A stretch of 57,287 bases of DNA from an uncultured Candidatus Peribacteria bacterium (GTDB lineage: Bacteria > Patescibacteriota > Gracilibacteria > UBA4473), in NCBI GenBank assembly GCA_964513975.1, contig CAZEON010000001.1:1-57287 (forward strand). Reading direction: 5' to 3'. The notes below the pieces were generated by a model. That model made no database searches, had not been told where the DNA came from, and worked only from the letters and a program-made list of their open reading frames with translations. Both the position numbers and the translations under genes were made by a program. Positions 1-8,412 of the stretch are shown here, in pieces; the first letter of the stretch is position 1, and each line of letters begins with the position of its first letter.

Positions 1-176
1 TTCGCGTAGATCGTAATCCCACGTTCCTTCTCTTGGTCGTTGCTGTCCATCACGCAGGTTTCCACTTCCTCGTGGTCGTTGAAAACTCCTCCAGCCTTGA
101 GCAGACCGTCAACCAAGGTTGTTTTTCCGTGGTCAACGTGGGCGATAATGGCGATATTACGAATTTCTTGTGTCAT
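1..176 (-). CDS. typA: Translational GTPase TypA/BipA, N-terminal fragment (gene continues off the left edge)
   Basis: The reverse complement reads [27 protein letters not shown]...[10 protein letters not shown]. This carries the G1 motif AHVDHGKTT and the typical BipA N-terminus. The start codon is at 174-176. Confidence 0.8.
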   Translation of the reverse strand, partial: MTQEIRNIAIIAHVDHGKTTLVDGLLKAGGVFNDHEEVETCVMDSNDQEKERGITIYA

Positions 177-412
177 TGGATGAATTAACCTTTGAGTTTG
201 TAGTCAATTAGTATCATAAGTCAATCAATTAATTTCTTTTTGAAAATAATCCCGAAAGGTTACCGAAGGTCCCGAGCATTTTGGAGGGATAGGTATTAAG
301 CGGGATAAGTCAAGGTTGGAAGGGAAGGAAATCTTATTTTTATATTAAATATTGAAATTGTAAAATTCGGACTTTTCGTTATATTATAAGCATAAAGTTT
401 AGTTAATAAATT

Positions 413-1270
413 ATGACCAATTTACTTGTTGCTTTAGTGAATATCATTGAAAATCCCATCACTGATTTGATTTCTTTTTATAATGGATCGAATAGAGCTA
501 ATAATATGGGAGAGGCACTTGAAACCTATGTCAAAGATGTTTTTTGTAATTCTTTAGGGAAAGATAATTTAGAAAAGGATAGTCTTTATAGTCAAAATTT
601 TTCTTATCGAGGAAATCAAAACAATCCACCAGACATTATAATCAAAAATGGAGATGCTATTGAGGTAAAAAAAATAGAAAATATTTCTGCTGCTATTCCA
701 CTCAATAGTTCTTATCCTAAAAATAAATTACATTCTGATGATTCGAGAATTACGAATGATTGTAAAAATTGTGAAGCATCTCCTTGGGAACAAAAAGATA
801 TTATTTATTCCATTGGGGTTGCTCCAAAGGAATCTAATCAGCTAAAAATTCTTTGGTTTATTTATGGGGATTGTTATGCAGCAAATAGGGATATTTATAA
901 AAGAATTGCTGATAAAATTTCAAATGGAATTTGTGAAATTTCGGATGTGGAGTTAGTTGATACAAACGAACTAGCAAAAATAAAAAAAGTTGATCCATTG
1001 GGGATTACCGACTTACGGGTTCGAGGAATGTGGCATATTGAAAATCCCATAAAGGTGTTTGAAGATTATACAATTATCAATAGAAGTAACGAATTTACGA
1101 TCAATGCAATTCTGCTAAAAGAAAAATATATGTCATTTCCAGAGGAAGATCGTCAAAAGCTTGAAGAGTTACAAAATGAAAATTTTATAATTCAAGATAT
1201 TGAAATTAAATCTCCAAACAATCCAGCTCAACTTTTAGAAGCGAAACTTATTTCTTATGAAAAACAATAA
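413..1270 (+). CDS. Putative type II restriction endonuclease (PD-(D/E)XK), partner of the adjacent C5 methyltransferase
   Basis: 285-aa ORF that abuts or overlaps the methyltransferase gene. It has a candidate catalytic motif PPD-x9-E-V-K (NNPPDIIIKNGDAIEVKK). No other family was recognised by eye. Confidence 0.55.
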   Translation: MTNLLVALVNIIENPITDLISFYNGSNRANNMGEALETYVKDVFCNSLGKDNLEKDSLYSQNFSYRGNQNNPPDIIIKNGDAIEVKKIENISAAIPLNSSYPKNKLHSDDSRITNDCKNCEASPWEQKDIIYSIGVAPKESNQLKILWFIYGDCYAANRDIYKRIADKISNGICEISDVELVDTNELAKIKKVDPLGITDLRVRGMWHIENPIKVFEDYTIINRSNEFTINAILLKEKYMSFPEEDRQKLEELQNENFIIQDIEIKSPNNPAQLLEAKLISYEKQ

Positions 1271-1271
1271 A

Positions 1272-2342
1272 ATGAAAATAGTTTCTCTTTTTAGTGGTGC
1301 TGGAGGACTTGATCTTGGTTTTCACCAAGCTGGTTTCGAAACTGTTTTTGCAAACGAATTTGATAAAACTATTTGGTCAACATTTGAGCACAATTTCCCA
1401 AACACAGAACTTGATAAAAGAAGCATTGTAGATGTTCCATCATGTGATGTTCCTGACTCAGTGGGAATCATTGGTGGACCACCATGTCAAAGTTGGAGCG
1501 AGGCAGGAGCAGGAAGGGGAATTAATGACAAAAGAGGGCAACTTTTTTTTGAATACATAAGAATTTTAAAAGAAAAAGAACCATTATTTTTTCTTGCAGA
1601 AAATGTTTCAGGAATTTTATTACCAAAGCACAAAGAGGCGTTTCACAAAATTCTCGAGGAATTCAAAGCACTTAATTACAAGGTGTCTTATTTTCTTTTG
1701 AATGCTAATGATTATGGAGTTCCACAAGATAGAAAACGAGTTATTATCGTGGGCTATCATAAAAAAATGAATAAAATATTTATTCCTCCCAAAGTTATTT
1801 CTGAGAAAAAAACACTGAGAGATGCTATTTGGGATTTGAGATCAGCAAAGCCTGCAAAAGAAAAAAATTATACAAATGGAAATGAAAATCTCAAAGCTCT
1901 CAATCATGAATATATGAATGGTGGCTTTTCAACAATTTACATGTCAAGAAATCGTGTAAGAAGTTGGGATGAGCCAAGTTTCACTATTCAAGCGGGAGGT
2001 CGCCATGCTCCGCTTCATCCACAAGCACCTAAAATGGAATTTGTTGAGCAAAATAAAAGAATTTTTGTACCAGGAAAAGAAGATTTATACAGAAGACTTT
2101 CTGTTCGGGAATGTGCAAGAGTTCAAGCTTTTCCTGATGATTTCTTATTCAAATATGACAGCATTGCAAATGGATACAAAATGATTGGGAATGCGGTTCC
2201 TGTCACATTTGCAAAACACTTGGCAAGTGCAATTTACAAAGACGTTTCAGAGTATTTAGCACAAAAACAATCAACAAGATTGCACTCGAAAATCGGAACC
2301 ATTACAACAAGCAGGAAAGAAGAAAATTTGGTGGAAGTTTGA
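1272..2342 (+). CDS. DNA (cytosine-5)-methyltransferase, M.HaeIII-like
   Basis: Motifs present: motif I LFSGAGGLDLGF, motif IV GGPPCQSWS, ENV, QDRKRV, RECARVQAFPDDF and GNAVPV. From memory it is colinear with M.HaeIII over its whole length. An alternative start is at 1257. Confidence 0.9.
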   Translation: MKIVSLFSGAGGLDLGFHQAGFETVFANEFDKTIWSTFEHNFPNTELDKRSIVDVPSCDVPDSVGIIGGPPCQSWSEAGAGRGINDKRGQLFFEYIRILKEKEPLFFLAENVSGILLPKHKEAFHKILEEFKALNYKVSYFLLNANDYGVPQDRKRVIIVGYHKKMNKIFIPPKVISEKKTLRDAIWDLRSAKPAKEKNYTNGNENLKALNHEYMNGGFSTIYMSRNRVRSWDEPSFTIQAGGRHAPLHPQAPKMEFVEQNKRIFVPGKEDLYRRLSVRECARVQAFPDDFLFKYDSIANGYKMIGNAVPVTFAKHLASAIYKDVSEYLAQKQSTRLHSKIGTITTSRKEENLVEV

Positions 2343-2394
2343 TTGTGTTTTTTTATCACCGCCTTCTTCCTTTCACTTTTTCTTCAACCAAAAA

Positions 2395-2458
2395 TACGTA
2401 TTCGAATACGTATTCGAATACGTACTTAAAGATTTGATTACGTAATCGATTACGTAAT
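2395..2458. repeat. Composite palindromic element: TACGTATTCGAATACGTATTCGAATACGTACTTAA plus the perfect 22-bp palindrome ATTACGTAATCGATTACGTAAT
   Basis: Read directly. It lies between convergent gene ends. The first part recurs at 47601-47640 and 51536-51570. Confidence 0.85.
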
Positions 2459-2469
2459 TAACGAAAGCT

Positions 2470-4287
2470 CTAGTACCGCTTCTTGCCTGACTTCCTGCCG
2501 GAATCGTTAGACTTACCCTTGCGCTTCCCTCCAGTTTTATTCCTCGCTTTGGAACGATCGGTGCGAGAACCAACCTTTCCTTGTTTCATCTTTGAAACTC
2601 GTTCAACACGAACGGGTGGTCGTTGTTTTTTCTTCATCTCATGAAACGCATCAAGAATTGTCTCGGCCTCCGGAAAGGGGACAGAAACAAACGTGTAGTC
2701 GTTCATGATGTCGATGTCGCCGACAAGTTTGCCTGAGACTCCGAAGTCTTTCTCAATCATCTGGAGAATAGAAATAACACTGGCTCCGTCTCGTCGTCCT
2801 GTCGTGAGAAAGAGTCGGGTAATTCCCATAGTTCCACCAGATTGTTCTCGTCGTTGTCGTCGTTCTCGATCATGACTGTGATCGCCTCCACGTTCAACAC
2901 CTCGATCTCGACCTCGTCCACCCCGTTCTCGTCCACCTCGGTCAGGTTTTTGGTCGCTTTGGAGTGTGGCAATATGCTTGTACGCATTTTTATCAAGGGT
3001 GTCAGAGAAACTGTATTGGAGCAGTGCCGCAATAACCTCTTGTGGTTCGTGTTTCCCAAACATTTCGCCAGCAAGCAATTGGTATTTTTCAAAATCTTTG
3101 GACGGTTCGAAGAGTGGTTCGAGGTCCTTCATAATTCTTCGTTTCTTTATATCCACCATTGCTGTTGCATCCGGCACGTTTTGCTTTTGGATTTCTGCTT
3201 TGGCGTGATGCTCAAACATCCTGAGTTTTCGGTATTCTGATGGTGTGATAAGCGTGATGGCTTTCCCATCTTTTCCTGCTCGTCCGGTCCGTCCGATACG
3301 GTGCACGTAGGATTCTGAGTTTTGTGGCAACGCGTAATTAATCACGTGCGTGAGATCATTCACATCAATTCCTCGAGCGGCCACATCGGTCGCCACTAAG
3401 ATCTCAACTTTTCGTTTCCGGAAATCATCCATAATCTGTTCTCGTCTATCTTGCGAGATGTCTCCGTGGAAAGTCTCTGACCGGTATCCCCGTTGAGAGA
3501 GATGTTGATTCACTTCGTCACTGGAAATCTTGGTTCGGCAAAAAACAATTCCATAAAATTCTTCCTCCATATCAATAATCCGGCACAGCGTGTCGAACTT
3601 GTTGCCTTGGGTTACTTCGAAATAAATCTGATCCACAGCGTTATTCGCGATGCGATCTTGTTCGGTTTTGATGCTGATAGCATTTCGCATGTACTTCTTC
3701 GCGAGGTTGGCGATCCGTGATGGCATCGTCGCTGAGAACAGCAATGTTTGTCGTTCAGGATTAGTAAATTCCAAAATCGCTTCGATGTCTTCCACGAATC
3801 CCATGTTGAGCATTTCGTCCGCTTCATCGAGCACGCAGTATTGGATTTGGTCGAGTTTCAACGTTCCTTTTTTCAAATGGTCGAGCACTCGTCCGGGTGT
3901 TCCCACGACGATATCGACTCCTGCATTCAAGTGCTTTCTTTGAAGTCCCCATGATTGCCCTCCGTAAATTGGGGCGATTGAGAAGTTGTTTTTTCCTTTG
4001 AGGGACGACAGTTCATCGGCCACCTGCACGGCGAGTTCTCGCGTTGGGGTGATCACGATCGCTTGTGGAGATTTGTGTTTTCCGGCTTTCAATTTATCGG
4101 TAAAGACAAGTCCGAAGGCGGCTGTTTTTCCGGTTCCTGTCTGCGCTTGGGCAATCACATCGCTGTCATTTTTCAAAAGTAATGGGATTACTTTAGCTTG
4201 GATTTCAGTCGGTTCTTCGAACCCTTTTTTTGAAATGGCTTCAAGCGAGAGGTCAGAGAGACCGAGTTTGGCGAAAGATTCTGTCAT
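2470..4287 (-). CDS. deaD: DEAD-box ATP-dependent RNA helicase, DeaD/CsdA-like, with a DbpA-type RNA-binding domain and a basic tail
   Basis: Motifs present: Q-motif GFEEPTEIQ, AQTGTGKT, PTRELA, DEAD (VLDEADEM), SAT and HRIGRTGRAG. The tail is Arg/Gly/Lys-rich. Confidence 0.88.
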   Translation of the reverse strand: MTESFAKLGLSDLSLEAISKKGFEEPTEIQAKVIPLLLKNDSDVIAQAQTGTGKTAAFGLVFTDKLKAGKHKSPQAIVITPTRELAVQVADELSSLKGKNNFSIAPIYGGQSWGLQRKHLNAGVDIVVGTPGRVLDHLKKGTLKLDQIQYCVLDEADEMLNMGFVEDIEAILEFTNPERQTLLFSATMPSRIANLAKKYMRNAISIKTEQDRIANNAVDQIYFEVTQGNKFDTLCRIIDMEEEFYGIVFCRTKISSDEVNQHLSQRGYRSETFHGDISQDRREQIMDDFRKRKVEILVATDVAARGIDVNDLTHVINYALPQNSESYVHRIGRTGRAGKDGKAITLITPSEYRKLRMFEHHAKAEIQKQNVPDATAMVDIKKRRIMKDLEPLFEPSKDFEKYQLLAGEMFGKHEPQEVIAALLQYSFSDTLDKNAYKHIATLQSDQKPDRGGRERGGRGRDRGVERGGDHSHDRERRQRREQSGGTMGITRLFLTTGRRDGASVISILQMIEKDFGVSGKLVGDIDIMNDYTFVSVPFPEAETILDAFHEMKKKQRPPVRVERVSKMKQGKVGSRTDRSKARNKTGGKRKGKSNDSGRKSGKKRY

Positions 4288-4329
4288 AGTTTCTGTTTCA
4301 AGGTCGCCACAGTAGTCGGGAAGTGGATT

Positions 4330-4450
4330 TGTGCAAGGGGGATCTAATTTTTTCTCCCCCTTGTAGGGGGAGTTAGAGGGGGTATGGAATTTTCAATAAT
4401 AAGGAATTCTCTCGATACCCCCCACCGTCCCCCCTGCGAGGGGGGAAAGA
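4330..4450. repeat. Cluster of G5-6/C5-6 hairpin arms, including CTCCCCC-TTGTA-GGGGGAG at 4354-4372 and TCCCCCC-TGCGA-GGGGGGA at 4428-4446
   Basis: Read directly. At least seven alternating G-run and C-run arms can pair in competing ways. The region lies upstream of deaD (minus strand) and of the antiporter gene (plus strand). Confidence 0.7.
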
Positions 4451-4516
4451 CGATTTCCCCTTGCTCCACTTTGTATTGGTGACATAATACGTGCGGCAAT
4501 TCTCCATCCGATTTCT

Positions 4517-5515
4517 ATGAACTTGTTCCTTGTGCTTCCGATATTGCTCATAGTGCTGGCTCTTTTTGTCTTGGGCGTCCAAAAGTTAAAACTCCCTGGA
4601 GTCATCGGACTTATTGTGGGAGGACTTGTTTTGGGAATGCCTTTGGTGAAGAACGTTCTTATCGAGCCACATACCGAACTTATTTTTTTTCTGGGCGATA
4701 TTGGACTGCTCTGTTTGATGTTTTTAGCAGGATTTGAGAGTTCTTGGAAAAAGATCTATCACGAAAAAAAAGATTCGTTCGTTATTTCTGTGTTTGCGGC
4801 ACTGACGCCATTTGTCCTCGGGTTTGTTATTTTTAAAGCCCTTGGATTCTCTTTTATTACCGCAACAGTGGTGGGAATAGGAATGAGTATTACAGCAGAA
4901 GCAACGATTGCCGAGATACTTCTCGACATGGGGAAACTCAAAACGCGTGTGGGGTCAGCCATGATGGGGGCGGGAATTATCGATGATATATTTGGATTTC
5001 TGGCGTTTATTCTTTTGATATATTTTTTGGGAATACAGAATCCCGGGGGCTATGTTTTTTTACTGACCGTCATTGCGGTATTTTTTCTTGGAATCGGTGT
5101 TCGAACATTTGCAAAAAGAGAGAATCACATTGTGCAATCTATAAGAAAAGCACTGATGTGGCTGGTCGTTCCCTTTTTCTTTCTTTCGGTGGGACTCCAT
5201 TTTGATATTGGATCACTTGTGATTAGTCCGCTTTCTTTATTCTTTATCGTGGGGGTAGCCTTGGTAGGAAAAATTGGAGGATCGCTTTTGGCAAAACCCT
5301 TTACTGATCTCAGTTGGAAGCAACTTCATCTTATTGGTTGGGCGATGAATAGTCGCGGAGCGATAGAAATGGCATTAGCACTCATTGCGTTTCGCGTGGG
5401 ACTTCTTTCTTCTGAGCTGTATTCAGGGCTTATCATTATGGCATTGGTCACAACATTGATATTTCCGTTTGTGATGAATTATCTGATGAAGAAGAATCCG
5501 AAGATAATGAATTGA
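4517..5515 (+). CDS. Cation:proton antiporter (Na+/H+ exchanger family, CPA-type)
   Basis: 332 aa with about 10 hydrophobic helices and glycine-rich helices typical of Kef/NapA-type exchangers. No soluble domain. Confidence 0.65.
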   Translation: MNLFLVLPILLIVLALFVLGVQKLKLPGVIGLIVGGLVLGMPLVKNVLIEPHTELIFFLGDIGLLCLMFLAGFESSWKKIYHEKKDSFVISVFAALTPFVLGFVIFKALGFSFITATVVGIGMSITAEATIAEILLDMGKLKTRVGSAMMGAGIIDDIFGFLAFILLIYFLGIQNPGGYVFLLTVIAVFFLGIGVRTFAKRENHIVQSIRKALMWLVVPFFFLSVGLHFDIGSLVISPLSLFFIVGVALVGKIGGSLLAKPFTDLSWKQLHLIGWAMNSRGAIEMALALIAFRVGLLSSELYSGLIIMALVTTLIFPFVMNYLMKKNPKIMN

Positions 5516-5928
5516 TATTTTTTTGTTCTTCTTGTTCTGTTCACGTGAGAAGTGGGAGTCTACTTTGTTATTTTGTTTTTATTTTGTGCCAATAGGGAAA
5601 CACTTTGTATCCAAGACAAAAGTTAAATAACGCTTCGGGATCAGCTACCAGTATAAGTATTTCCGTAACTATCTGAGTAAGAGGAATGTATTCAAAAAAG
5701 AAAAAGAAACAGTGACAGAATAGTTATTTGGAGTACAACCAGTCGAGCAATCTGTTTGTTGATTATGATTCTTGATATCGGACATCCAACATTTGGTATT
5801 TTCTTTCTTGACTTAAAGAACAGAAATATGAATTTTTCGACTTGCTTTTGTTCGCTCAGGATTAATTCCGCTATCAATTCAGACCAAACGCTTTGTATTT
5901 GTTTTCATCGAGCGTCATTGATTTTTAT

Positions 5929-5959
5929 TTGACATACCCCCACCCCCCTATGGTATCAT
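5929..5959 (+). promoter_or_regulatory. Putative promoter (TTGACA-19 nt-TATCAT) enclosing a C-tract operator, ATACC-CCCACCCCCCTAT-GGTAT
   Basis: The -35 element is at 5929-5934 and the -10 element at 5954-5959. Inverted ATACC/GGTAT arms flank the C-runs. The ATG at 5966 lies about 7 nt after the -10, which suggests a leaderless mRNA. Confidence 0.45.
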
Positions 5960-5965
5960 GAAAAC

Positions 5966-6217
5966 ATGGAAAATCAAGAAAAAACTTCTCGGCATTTAAA
6001 AATCATACAGGGACAGTTAACGGGTATTAAAAAAATGCTTGCGGTAACAGATCCTGATTGCATGGAGATTCTTACCCAACTGAAATCAGTACAGAATTCT
6101 TTTCGATCAATGTCTCAGAAAGTAGCTCAAAATATGTTGGAAAAATCTTTTCCGGAAGGAATGAGTATGAAAGAAAAAGATTTAAAGAAATTTCTCGATT
6201 TTGCATTTAGTGATTAA
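5966..6217 (+). CDS. CsoR/RcnR/FrmR-family (DUF156) transcriptional repressor, atypical single-Cys form
   Basis: LKIIQGQLTGIKKMLAVTDPDCMEILTQLKSVQNSF matches the family core (RL.RI.GQ..G...M.....C.DIL.Q). The downstream His/Cys ligand positions are absent. Confidence 0.8.
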   Translation: MENQEKTSRHLKIIQGQLTGIKKMLAVTDPDCMEILTQLKSVQNSFRSMSQKVAQNMLEKSFPEGMSMKEKDLKKFLDFAFSD

Positions 6218-6222
6218 ACAAC

Positions 6223-7326
6223 ATGAACAATTTTAAAAATATCATTTCTACACTTGAAGCGCGTTGGTTTATGTCGAGCATGGCAACAGGAGCGCTTGGA
6301 GTTCTCTGGGCAAAAATGGCATTCTTTTTGCAGATGCCGTGGATGACTTCAGTTGGTATCGGCTTTATTGGAATCGCATTTTTGTCATTTATTTTTGCAA
6401 GTATTGGATATGGATTTCGGTTGGCGTATTTTTATCCTTTGGTGAAAAAAGATTTTTTCCAACCCGACACTTCTAAATTTTTTGCAGGGATTTCTATTTC
6501 TTTGGGGGTGTTAAGTACAGCAACAACAACTGTTCTTGTTCCACAAGGGGTTCTTGCTTTTCCCGTCGGGCAGTGGCTTGCGGGGATTCTTTACGTATTT
6601 GCAATGGTGCTTGGAATATTCTTTCTTCTTGGGGTGTGCTCTACCATGATTCAGTCAGCAGAAAACAAAATTGAGCAGGCCATTGGGATCTGTCTTTTGC
6701 CACCGGTTGGACTTTTTGTAAGTATGTTTGCGGGGAACTTTTGGGCTCAGAAATTTTTTGCGGGCACTCCTTTGGCATCGGGAATGGGGATGTTTCATTT
6801 TTTTCTTTTCACTCTTTTAGTATTGCTTACAGGATGGATACTCACCTTTGTTATTTTTCGACTTCGATTTCATCCACTTCCTCGAAAAGAAATGGCGCCT
6901 AGTTTTGTTATTCTTCTTGCGCCAGCAGGGGTTTCTATTATTGCTTTAGTGAGTCTTTTGCCATTGCTTTTACCGACATTGCCATATCAAGCCATATTAA
7001 AAACGTTCGGATTTTTATTTCTTCCGACGATGATTAGTTTTGGAGTGTTTTGGTTTTTACTTATTTTAAAAGTGATGCATGGATATCTTCGTACGGAGGG
7101 AATTCCGTACACGCTTGGGTTTTGGGCACTTGTATTTCCGATGTCAGCATTTGGAATTAGTTTTTTTGTAGCTTCTCAATTTTTACCGGGGCTATCAGTA
7201 TTAGGGTGGTTTGGGATTGTGTGGGGAATCTTGGCAACACTGCTTTGGATTCTGGTTTTTCTAAAAACATTTCAAGCTATTTGGACGCGAAAAGCATTTG
7301 TACGACCGCCTTGTTTAAAACATTAA
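6223..7326 (+). CDS. TDT-family (TehA/SLAC1/Ssu1-like) anion channel or transporter
   Basis: 367 aa with about 10 transmembrane segments. TehA-like stretches include SSMATGALGVLW, LLAPAGVSIIA and FWALVFPMSAFGIS. The gene starts 5 nt after the repressor stop. Confidence 0.55.
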   Translation: MNNFKNIISTLEARWFMSSMATGALGVLWAKMAFFLQMPWMTSVGIGFIGIAFLSFIFASIGYGFRLAYFYPLVKKDFFQPDTSKFFAGISISLGVLSTATTTVLVPQGVLAFPVGQWLAGILYVFAMVLGIFFLLGVCSTMIQSAENKIEQAIGICLLPPVGLFVSMFAGNFWAQKFFAGTPLASGMGMFHFFLFTLLVLLTGWILTFVIFRLRFHPLPRKEMAPSFVILLAPAGVSIIALVSLLPLLLPTLPYQAILKTFGFLFLPTMISFGVFWFLLILKVMHGYLRTEGIPYTLGFWALVFPMSAFGISFFVASQFLPGLSVLGWFGIVWGILATLLWILVFLKTFQAIWTRKAFVRPPCLKH

Positions 7327-7334
7327 TAAATACA

Positions 7335-7562
7335 ATGAAAAAATATACGTTTACCGGTACGATGTATAATCGATATGAGATTATAAAAGATGGAGAAGGA
7401 AATGCTGTGAAAACAGTACACATCGGAATGGATGATGGAGGTTCGGGAGAATTTGGAAAAACACTGACAACCATTGTTCCAGAAATTGGTGATACGCAGA
7501 CAGTGCGGATAACATTTGAAGTTTTATCAAAAGAAAACAAGGACAAGAAGTCTAAAAAATAG
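7335..7562 (+). CDS. Hypothetical small protein (75 aa)
   Basis: In-frame ATG 8 nt after the transporter stop. The ORF upstream of this ATG overlaps the transporter gene and was trimmed. Confidence 0.4.
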   Translation: MKKYTFTGTMYNRYEIIKDGEGNAVKTVHIGMDDGGSGEFGKTLTTIVPEIGDTQTVRITFEVLSKENKDKKSKK

Positions 7563-7629
7563 AAAAAGTTTGACTTTGAAAATATTGGGTATATATTCAA
7601 AATGATTTTAATCTTTAATTTTAAAAATC

Positions 7630-7893
7630 ATGCCAAATTTTGATAAAACGGGACCGGCTGGACAAGGGCCTCTTACAGGAAGAGGTCAAGGTATTTGTGT
7701 TGGAAAAGGAAGTGGTTTTCAAAACGGATTCGGAAGAGGATTCAGAGGTTTTGCTCGAGGAATGCGAAGAGGAATGGGGAATTTCTTTGGACAAGCAAGT
7801 GAACAAATATCACTCAAAGAACAAGAGAAAATTTTGGAAGAACGACTTCAAGCTATTCGAAAAGAAAGAGAAAATGGTAATATGAAAAAGTAA
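7630..7893 (+). CDS. DUF5320-family protein
   Basis: The N-terminus MPNFDKTGPAGQGPLTGRGQGICVG matches the family signature (MP..D.TGP.G.GP.TGRG.G.C). The C-terminus is a coiled coil. Confidence 0.7.
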   Translation: MPNFDKTGPAGQGPLTGRGQGICVGKGSGFQNGFGRGFRGFARGMRRGMGNFFGQASEQISLKEQEKILEERLQAIRKERENGNMKK

Positions 7894-8171
7894 TGCCGAG
7901 ACCTCGATCATTTCGAATGATTTCTCAGAATCCAAAAGTGACTTTTTATAAGCCACAGGGGGTTCCTTTGCGAATGCTCAAAATTGTAGAAATCACTCAT
8001 GAGGAGTGGGAAGCTCTTCGTTTGAAGAATACGGAATCGTTGAGTCAGGTTGAAGCGGCTGGACAAATGGAAACGTCTCAGAGTACATTTCAAAGGATTC
8101 TGACGAGCGCGCAAAAAAAACTCAGTACAGCGGTTGTTCAAGGAATGGCAATTAAAATTGTGAAAGAATGA
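7893..8171 (+). CDS. DUF134/UPF0251-family predicted DNA-binding protein
   Basis: MPRPRSFRMI...FYKPQGVPL...EEWEALRL...SQVEAAGQM.TSQSTFQRIL.SAQKKL is the family pattern. It overlaps the previous gene in a TAATG arrangement. Confidence 0.75.
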   Translation: MPRPRSFRMISQNPKVTFYKPQGVPLRMLKIVEITHEEWEALRLKNTESLSQVEAAGQMETSQSTFQRILTSAQKKLSTAVVQGMAIKIVKE

Positions 8172-8296
8172 GGAAGCGGATTTGGGTAAGGGGGAAAGTA
8201 TAGGATTCGGATTCCAACCTAAGCCTCTTTCATTTTTATTTACCTCATTCCTGCGAAGGTGGGAAACCAGTCAATAATGTATTTCTTTTGAAAAAA

Positions 8297-8348
8297 ATAA
8301 GGAATTTTTTGAAAGACTGGGTTCCCAATTAAATTGGGGATGAGGGAG
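8297..8348. repeat. 52-nt repeat ATAAGGAATTTTTTGAAAGACTGGGTTCCCAATTAAATTGGGGATGAGGGAG, a paralog of 17567-17618
   Basis: Aligned directly with the 17.6-kb copy. It contains the hairpin CCCAAT-TAA-ATTGGG. A related hairpin unit, TCATTCCTGCGAAGGTGGGAAACC, lies at 8245-8268. Confidence 0.7.
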
Positions 8349-8412
8349 AGAGTGAAAGGTATAGGAGATTCACTTGCAAAATTTTTCAATTTCATTACAT
8401 TATTCTTGCAAT

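Noticed and set aside
2757-4315. Multiple 60-130 aa ORFs on both strands inside the DeaD-like helicase gene
   Set aside because: They lie wholly within a gene with a complete DEAD-box motif set. They have a low-complexity or shadow-frame character and no recognisable motifs.
5516-5928. A 410-nt gap between the antiporter and the CsoR-like gene, including the minus-strand ORF 5692-5877
   Set aside because: The ORF is hydrophobic low-complexity with no motifs. I could not trace a tRNA, tmRNA, RNase P or SRP-like structure by eye, so the gap is left unannotated.
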